This document shows, piece after piece, positions 54,901 to 64,000 of a DNA stretch of 64,000 nt. Numbering within the stretch: the stretch's first letter is position 1; the number at the start of each line of letters is the position of its first letter. The stretch comes from Auanema rhodensis (lineage: Eukaryota; Animalia; Nematoda). Below the pieces are notes generated by a model. The model searched no databases and was not told the origin of the DNA. It saw only the letters and a list, made by a program, of their open reading frames with translations. The stretch lies in NCBI GenBank assembly GCA_964057225.1, contig OZ059895.1:22754001-22818000 (forward strand). Reading direction: 5' to 3'. The position numbers and the translations under genes are program-made.

Positions 54901-57900
54901 ACACTTATATCCTCGATTTTCACCCTGAAGAATTAATTTTTTCGTTGAATAACAATGTCCATCGTCTTTGCCTTGAAAAAAGGAATCTAAAAACATCTAC
55001 TTTTTGCTAAATTATTTTGAAATTTTTCGAAAAAATTTTTGTCAAAATGTTTTTGGAAGCAATGTTGAGTGTACATGGAAACTCAACATACACTAATGCA
55101 TCATTTTTCAAACGATCATAACTAATTTTTGTATTAAGCAATTCTCAATGTAGTATAGTGCATTCGATGCGGATTTTTAAGCTGCGTCGATCTGTGTTAT
55201 CAGATTTGCGCTAGCTTAAAAATGCACCGAGATATCAACTGATATATGTTCACACTTATATCCTCGATTTTCACCCTGAAGAATTAATTTTTTCGTTGAA
55301 TAACAATGTTCATCGTCTTTGCCTTGAAAAAAGGAATCTAAAAACATCTACTTTTTGCTAAATTATTTTGAAATTTTTCGAAAAAATTTTTGTCAAAATG
55401 TTTTTGGAAGCAATGTTGAGTGTACATGGAAACTCAACATACACTAATGCATCATTTTTCAAACGATCATAACTAATTTTTGTATTAAGCGTTTCTCAAT
55501 GTAGTATAGTGCATTCGATGCGGATTTTTAAGCTGCGTCGATCTGTTTTATCAGATTTGCGCTAGCTTAAAAATGCACCGAGATATCAACTGATATATGT
55601 TCACACTTATATCCTCGATTTTCACCCTGAAGAATTAATTTTTTCGTTGAATAACAATGTCCATCGTCTTTGCCTTGAAAAAAGAAATCTAAAAACATCT
55701 ACTTTTTGCTAAATTATTTTGAAATTTTTCGAAAAAATTTTTGTCAAAATGTTTTTAGAAGCAATGTTGAGTGTACATAGAAACTCAACATACACTAATG
55801 CATCATTTTTCAAACGATCATAACTAATTTTTGTATTAAGCGTTTCTCAATGTAGTATAATGCATTCGATGCGGATTTTTAAGCTGCAATGATCTGTGTA
55901 ATCAGATTTGCGCTAGCTTAAAAATGCACCGAGATATCAACTGATATAAGTTCACACTTATATCCTCGATTTTCACCCTGAAGAATTAATTTTTTCGTTG
56001 AATAACAATGTCCATCGTCTTTGCCTTGAATAAAGAAATCTAAAAACATCTACTTTTTGCTAAATTATTTTGAAATTTTTCGAAAAAATTTTTGTCAAAA
56101 TGTTTTTGGAAGCAATGTTGAGTGTACATGGAAACTCAACATACACTAATGCATCATTTTTCAAACAATCATAACTAATTTTTGTATTAAGCGTTTCTCA
56201 ATGTAGTATAGTGCATTCGATGCAGATTTTTAAGCTGCGTCGATCTGTGTTATCAGATTTGCGCTAGCTTAAAAATGCACCGAGATATCAACTGATATAT
56301 GTTCACACTTATATCCTCGATTTTCACCCTGAAGAATTAATTTTTTCGTTGAATAACAATGTCCATCGTCTTTGCCTTGAAAAAAGGAATCTAAAAACAT
56401 CTACTTTTTGCTAAATTATTTTGAAATTTTTCGAAAAAATTTTTGTCAAAATGTTTTTGGAAGCAATGTTGAGTGTACATGGAAACTCAACATACACTAA
56501 TGCATCATTTTTCAAACGATCATAACTAATTTTTGTATTAAGCAATTCTCAATGTAGTATAGTGCATTCGATGCGGATTTTTAAGCTGCGTCGATCTGTG
56601 TTATCAGATTTGCGCTAGCTTAAAAATGCACCGAGATATCAACTGATATATGTTCACACTTATATCCTCGATTTTCACCCTGAAGAATTAATTTTTTCGT
56701 TGAATAACAATGTTCATCGTCTTTGCCTTGAAAAAAGGAATCTAAAAACATCTACTTTTTGCTAAATTATTTTGAAATTTTTCGAAAAAATTTTTGTCAA
56801 AATGTTTTTGGAAGCAATGTTGAGTGTACATGGAAACTCAACATACACTAATGCATCATTTTTCAAACGATCATAACTAATTTTTGTATTAAGCGTTTCT
56901 CAATGTAGTATAGTGCATTCGATGCGGATTTTTAAGCTGCGTCGATCTGTTTTATCAGATTTGCGCTAGCTTAAAAATGCACCGAGATATCAACTGATAT
57001 ATGTTCACACTTATATCCTCGATTTTCACCCTGAAGAATTAATTTTTTCGTTGAATAACAATGTTCATCGTCTTTGCCTTGAAAAAAGGAATCTAAAAAC
57101 ATCTACTTTTTGCTAAATTATTTTGAAATTTTTCGAAAAAATTTTTGTCAAAATGTTTTTGGAAGCAATGTTGAGTGTACATGGAAACTCAACATACACT
57201 AATGCATCATTTTTCAAACGATCATAACTAATTTTTGTATTAAGCGTTTCTCAATGTAGTATAGTGCATTCGATGCGGATTTTTAAGCTGCGTCGATCTG
57301 TTTTATCAGATTTGCGCTAGCTTAAAAATGCACCGAGATATCAACTGATATAAGTTCACACTTATATCCTCGATTTTCACCCTGAAGAATTAATTTTTTC
57401 GTTGAATAACAATGTCCATCGTCTTTGCCTTGAAAAAAGGAATCTAAAAACATCTACTTTTTGCTAAATTATTTTGAAATTTTTCGAAAAAATTTTTGTC
57501 AAAATGTTTTTGGAAGCAATGTTGAGTGTACATGGAAACTCAACATACACTAATGCATCATTTTTCAAACGATCATAACTAATTTTTGTATTAAGCGTTT
57601 CTCAATGTAGTATAGTGCATTCGATGCGGATTTTTAAGCTGCGTCGATCTGTGTTATCAGATTTGCGCTAGCTTAAAAATGCACCGAGATATCAACTGAT
57701 ATATGTTCACACTTATATCCTCGATTTTCACCCTGAAGAATTAATTTTTTCGTTGAATAACAATGTCCATCGTCTTTGCCTTGAAAAAAGAAATCTAAAA
57801 ACATCTACTTTTTGCTAAATTATTTTGAAATTTTTCGAAAAAATTTTTGTCAAAATGTTTTTGGAAGCAATGTTGAGTGTACATGGAAACTCAACATACA

Positions 57901-60900
57901 CTAATGCATCATTTTTCAAACGATCATAACTAATTTTTGTATTAAGCGTTTCTCAATGTAGTATAATGCATTCGATGCGGATTTTTAAGCTGCAATGATC
58001 TGTGTTATCAGATTTGCGCTAGCTTAAAAATGCACCGAGATATCAACTGATATATGTTCACACTTATCTCCTCAATTTTCACCCTGAAGAATTAATTTTT
58101 TCGTTGAATAACAATGTCCATCGTCTTTGCCTTGAAAAAAGGAATCTAAAAACATCTACTTTTTGCTAAATTATTTTGAAATTTTTCGAAAAAATTTTTG
58201 TCAAAATGTTTTTGGAAGCAATGTTGAGTGTACATGGAAACTCAACATACACTAATGCATCATTTTTCAAACGATCATAACTAATTTTTGTATTAAGCGT
58301 TTCTCAATGTAGTATAGTGCATTCGATGCGGATTTTTAAGCTGCGTCGTTCTGTGTTATCAGATTTGCGCTAGCTTAAAAATGCACCGAGATATCAACTG
58401 ATATAAGTTCACACTTATATCCTCAATTTTCACCCTGAAGAATTAATTTTTTCGTTGAATAACAATGTCCATCGTCTTTGCCTTGAAAAAAGGAATCTAA
58501 AAACATCTACTTTTTGCTAAATTATTTTGAAATTTTTCGAAAAAATTTTTGTCAAAATGTTTTTGGAAGCAATGTTGAGTGTACATAGAAACTCAACATA
58601 CACTAATGCATCATTTTTCAAACGATCATAACTAATTTTTGTATTAAGCGTTTCTCAATGTAGTATAGTGCATTCGATGCGGATTTTTAAGCTGCAATGA
58701 TCTGTGTAATCAGATTTGCGCTAGCTTAAAAATGCACCGAGATATCAACTGATATAAGTTCACACTTATATCCTCGATTTTCACCCTGAAGAATTAATTT
58801 TTTCGTTGAATAACAATGTCCATCGTCTTTGCCTTGAATAAAGAAATCTAAAAACATCTACTTTTTGCTAAATTATTTTGAAATTTTTCGAAAAAATTTT
58901 TGTCAAAATGTTTTTGGAAGCAATGTTGAGTGTACATGGAAACTCAACATACACTAATGCATCATTTTTCAAACAATCATAACTAATTTTTGTATTAAGC
59001 GTTCCTCAATGTAGTATAGTGCATTCGATGCAGATTTTTAAGCTGCGTCGATCTGTGTTATCAGATTTGCGCTAGCTTAAAAATGCACCGAGATATCAAC
59101 TGATATATGTTCACACTTATATCCTCGATTTTCACCCTGAAGAATTAATTTTTTCGTTGAATAACAATGTCCATCGTCTTTGCCTTGAAAAAAGGAATCT
59201 AAAAACATCTACTTTTTGCTAAATTATTTTGAAATTTTTCGAAAAAATTTTTGTCAAAATGTTTTTGGAAGCAATGTTGAGTGTACATGGAAACTCAACA
59301 TACACTAATGCATCATTTTTCAAACGATCATAACTAATTTTTGTATTAAGCAATTCTCAATGTAGTATAGTGCATTCGATGCGGATTTTTAAGCTGCGTC
59401 GATCTGTGTTATCAGATTTGCGCTAGCTTAAAAATGCACCGAGATATCAACTGATATATGTTCACACTTATATCTTCGATTTTCACCCTGAAGAATTAAT
59501 TTTTTCGTTGAATAACAATGTTCATCGTCTTTGCCTTGAAAAAAGGAATCTAAAAACATCTACTTTTTGCTAAATTATTTTGAAATTTTTCGAAAAAATT
59601 TTTGTCAAAATGTTTTTGGAAGCAATGTTGAGTGTACATGGAAACTCAACATACACTAATGCATCATTTTTCAAACGATCATAACTAATTTTTGTATTAA
59701 GCGTTTCTCAATGTAGTATAGTGCATTCGATGCGGATTTTTAAGCTGCGTCGATCTGTTTTATCAGATTTGCGCTAGCTTAAAAATGCACCGAGATATCA
59801 ACTGATATAAGTTCACACTTATATCCTCGATTTTCACCCTGAAGAATTAATTTTTTCGTTGAATAACAATGTCCATCGTCTTTGCCTTGAAAAAAGGAAT
59901 CTAAAAACATCTACTTTTTGCTAAATTATTTTGAAATTTTTCGAAAAAATTTTTGTCAAAATGTTTTTGGAAGCAATGTTGAGTGTACATGGAAACTCAA
60001 CATACACTAATGCATCATTTTTCAAACGATCATAACTAATTTTTGTATTAAGCGTTTCTCAATGTAGTATAGTGCATTCGATGCGGATTTTTAAGCTGCG
60101 TCGATCTGTGTTATCAGATTTGCGCTAGCTTAAAAATGCACCGAGATATCAACTGATATATGTTCACACTTATATCCTCGATTTTCACCCTGAAGAATTA
60201 ATTTTTTCGTTGAATAACAATGTCCATCGTCTTTGCCTTGAAAAAAGAAATCTAAAAACATCTACTTTTTGCTAAATTATTTTGAAATTTTTCGAAAAAA
60301 TTTTTGTCAAAATGTTTTTGGAAGCAATGTTGAGTGTACATGGAAACTCAACATACACTAATGCATCATTTTTCAAACGATCATAACTAATTTTTGTATT
60401 AAGCGTTTCTCAATGTAGTATAATGCATTCGATGCGGATTTTTAAGCTGCAATGATCTGTGTTATCAGATTTGCGCTAGCTTAAAAATGCACCGAGATAT
60501 CAACTGATATATGTTCACACTTATCTCCTCAATTTTCACCCTGAAGAATTAATTTTTTCGTTGAATAACAATGTCCATCGTCTTTGCCTTGAAAAAAGGA
60601 ATCTAAAAACATCTACTTTTTGCTAAATTATTTTGAAATTTTTCGAAAAAATTTTTGTCAAAATGTTTTTGGAAGCAATGTTGAGTGTACATGGAAACTC
60701 AACATACACTAATGCATCATTTTTCAAACGATCATAACTAATTTTTGTATTAAGCGTTTCTCAATGTAGTATAGTGCATTCGATGCGGATTTTTAAGCTG
60801 CGTCGTTCTGTGTTATCAGATTTGCGCTAGCTTAAAAATGCACCGAGATATCAACTGATATAAGTTCACACTTATATCCTCAATTTTCACCCTGAAGAAT

Positions 60901-62845
60901 TAATTTTTTCGTTGAATAACAATGTCCATCGTCTTTGCCTTGAAAAAAGGAATCTAAAAACATCTACTTTTTGCTAAATTATTTTGAAATTTTTCGAAAA
61001 AATTTTTGTCAAAATGTTTTTGGAAGCAATGTTGAGTGTACATGGAAACTCAACATACACTAATGCATCATTTTTCAAACGATCATAACTAATTTTTGTA
61101 TTAAGCGTTTCTCAATGTAGTATAGTGCATTCGATGCAGATTTTTAAGCTGCGTCGTTCTGTGTTATCAGATTTGCGCTAGCTTAAAAATGCACCGAGAT
61201 ATCAACTGATATAAGTTCACACTTATATCCTCGATTTTCACCCTGAAGAATTAATTTTTTCGTTGAATAACAATGTCCATCGTCTTTGCCTTGAAAAAAG
61301 AAATCTAAAAACATCTACTTTTTGCTAAATTATTTTGAAATTTTTCGAAAAAATTTTTGTCAAAATGTTTTTGGAAGCAATGTTGAGTGTACATGGAAAC
61401 TCAACATACACTAATGCATCATTTTTCAAACGATCATAACTAATTTTTGTATTAAGCGTTTCTCAATGTAGTATAGTGCATTCGATGCGGATTTTTAAGC
61501 TGCGTCGATCTGTGATATCAGATTTGCGCTAGCTTAAAAATGCACCGAGATATCAACTGATATAAGTTCACACTTATATCCTCGATTTTCACCCTGAAGA
61601 ATTAATTTTTTCGTTGAATAACAATGTCCATCGTCTTTGCCTTGAAAAAAGAAATCTAAAAACATCTACTTTTTGCTAAATTATTTTGAAATTTTTCGAA
61701 AAAATTTTTGTCAAAATGTTTTTAGAAGCAATGTTGAGTGTACATAGAAACTCAACATACACTAATGCATCATTTTTCAAACGATCATAACTAATTTTTG
61801 TATTAAGCGTTTCTCAATGTAGTATGGTGCATTCGATGCGGATTTTTAAGCTGCAATGATCTGTGTTATCAGATTTGCGCTAGCTTAAAAATGCACCGAG
61901 ATATCAACTGATATAAGTTCACACTTATATCCTCGATTTTCACCCTGAAGAATTAATTTTTTCGTTGAATAACAATGTCCATCGTCTTTGCCTTGAATAA
62001 AGAAATCTAAAAACATCTACTTTTTGCTAAATTATTTTGAAATTTTTCGAAAAAATTTTTGTCAAAATGTTTTTGGAAGCAATGTTGAGTGTACATGGAA
62101 ACTCAACATACACTAATGCATCATTTTTCAAACAATCATAACTAATTTTTGTATTAAGCGTTTCTCAATGTAGTATAGTGCATTCGATGCAGATTTTTAA
62201 GCTGCGTCGATCTGTGTTATCAGATTTGCGCTAGCTTAAAAATGCACCGAGATATCAACTGATATATGTTCACACTTATATCCTCGATTTTCACCCTGAA
62301 GAATTAATTTTTTCGTTGAATAACAATGTCCATCGTCTTTGCCTTGAAAAAAGGAATCTAAAAACATCTACTTTTTGCTAAATTATTTTGAAATTTTTCG
62401 AAAAAATTTTTGTCAAAATGTTTTTGGAAGCAATGTTGAGTGTACATGGAAACTCAACATACACTAATGCATCATTTTTCAAACGATCATAACTAATTTT
62501 TGTATTAAGCAATTCTCAATGTAGTATAGTGCATTCGATGCGGATTTTTAAGCTGCGTCGATCTGTGTTATCAGATTTGCGCTAGCTTAAAAATGCACCG
62601 AGATATCAACTGATATATGTTCACACTTATATCCTCGATTTTCACCCTGAAGAATTAATTTTTTCGTTGAATAACAATGTTCATCGTCTTTGCCTTGAAA
62701 AAAGGAATCTAAAAACATCTACTTTTTGCTAAATTATTTTGAAATTTTTCGAAAAAATTTTTGTCAAAATGTTTTTGGAAGCAATGTTGAGTGTACATGG
62801 AAACTCAACATACACTAATGCATCATTTTTCAAACGATCATAACT
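51965..62845. repeat. Zone built on a recurring 4-monomer cassette with variable spacers
   Basis: The cassette TAGAA variants / GCAATG+GAATAAAG+AACAATC / GATGCAG / GCAATTCTC starts at 51965, 54071, 55475, 58283 and 61442 (spacings 6, 4, 8 and 9 monomers). A 4-monomer block also repeats at 7-monomer spacing (57230 vs 59687). Confidence 0.82.
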
Positions 62846-64000
62846 AATTTTTGTATTAAGCGTTTCTCAATGTAGTATAGTGCATTCGATGCGGATTTTT
62901 AAGCTGCGTCGATCTGTGTTATCAGATTTGCGCTAGCTTAAAAATGCACCGAGATATCAACTGATATAAGTTCACACTTATATCCTCGATTTTCACCCTG
63001 AAGAATTAATTTTTTCGTTGAATAACAATGTCCATCGTCTTTGCCTTGAAAAAAGAAATCTAAAAACATCTACTTTTTGCTAAATTATTTTGAAATTTTT
63101 CGAAAAAATTTTTGTCAAAATGTTTTTGGAAGCAATGTTGAGTGTACATGGAAACTCAACATACACTAATGCATCATTTTTCAAACGATCATAACTAATT
63201 TTTGTATTAAGCGTTTCTCAATGTAGTATAGTGCATTCGATGCGGATTTTTAAGCTGCGTCGATCTGTGTTATCAGATTTGCGCTAGCTTAAAAATGCAC
63301 CGAGATATCAACTGATATAAGTTCACACTTATATCCTCGATTTTCACCCTGAAGAATTAATTTTTTCGTTGAATAACAATGTCCATCGTCTTTGCCTTGA
63401 AAAAAGAAATCTAAAAACATCTACTTTTTGCTAAATTATTTTGAAATTTTTCGAAAAAATTTTTGTCAAAATGTTTTTGGAAGCAATGTTGAGTGTACAT
63501 GGAAACTCAACATACACTAATGCATCATTTTTCAAACGATCATAACTAATTTTTGTATTAAGCGTTTCTCAATGTAGTATAATGCATTCGATGCGGATTT
63601 TTAAGCTGCAATGATCTGTGTTATCAGATTTGCGCTAGCTTAAAAATGCACCGAGATATCAACTGATATATGTTCACACTTATCTCCTCAATTTTCACCC
63701 TGAAGAATTAATTTTTTCGTTGAATAACAATGTCCATCGTCTTTGCCTTGAAAAAAGGAATCTAAAAACATCTACTTTTTGCTAAATTATTTTGAAATTT
63801 TTCGAAAAAATTTTTGTCAAAATGTTTTTGGAAGCAATGTTGAGTGTACATGGAAACTCAACATACACTAATGCATCATTTTTCAAACGATCATAACTAA
63901 TTTTTGTATTAAGCGTTTCTCAATGTAGTATAGTGCATTCGATGCAGATTTTTAAGCTGCGTCGTTCTGTGTTATCAGATTTGCGCTAGCTTAAAAATGC

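Larger units (their letters stand above)
1..64000. repeat. 351-bp satellite DNA tandem array (182 full monomers + partial), single orientation, extends beyond both window edges
   Basis: The unit AATTTTTGTATTAAGCGTTTCTCAATG...AAACGATCATAACT recurs at 1, 352, 703, 1054, 1405, 1756 ... 63548, 63899. Bookkeeping closes exactly: 182x351 plus two 3-bp and ten 1-bp insertions puts the last start at 63899. Confidence 0.99.

Noticed and set aside
1-64000. Giant repetitive ORF, since 351 = 117 codons keeps frame across monomers
   Set aside because: Every frame has a stop in the monomer: + strand TAG at 28, TAG at 89 (also TAA 236, 347) and TAA at 12. Minus-strand stops correspond to TTA at 11, TCA at 22 and TTA at 54, covering all three frames.
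1-64000. CRISPR-like array or repeat-spacer system (palindromic repeats at a fixed period)
   Set aside because: There are no unique spacers because the entire unit is repeated, and there is no leader or cas-like gene.
1-64000. Inversion, transposon insertion or unique island hidden in the array
   Set aside because: Monomer phase accounting closes exactly with only 16 inserted bases in total, and all monomers read in the same orientation.

Overview
The whole 64-kb window is one uninterrupted head-to-tail tandem array of an AT-rich (~31% GC, hand count on monomer 1) 351-bp satellite DNA. It holds 182 complete monomers plus a 102-bp partial copy, all in the same orientation and differing by only a few substitutions each. 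I found no gene, RNA gene, transposon insertion, CRISPR spacer or unique sequence; all six reading frames of the monomer carry stop codons. It looks like eukaryotic (peri)centromeric or heterochromatic satellite. An invertebrate source is plausible because CpG is not depleted, but I do not recognise the family or the organism. I cannot support a novel protein-coding system here. The real structure has three layers. (i) The monomer is packed with inverted repeats. (ii) Diagnostic SNP barcodes reveal nested, locally changing higher-order repeats with periods of 3, 4, 5, 6, 7, 8 and 14-18 monomers, plus relationships spanning ~28-38 kb. (iii) Some multi-nucleotide variants perfect local quasi-palindromes, suggesting template-switch mutagenesis, and some chimeric monomers localise recombination breakpoints to tens of bp. 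All variant calls were read by eye and need confirming by alignment. Monomers are numbered M1 (start 1), M2 (352) and so on; 'pos' means position within the monomer as phased from base 1.
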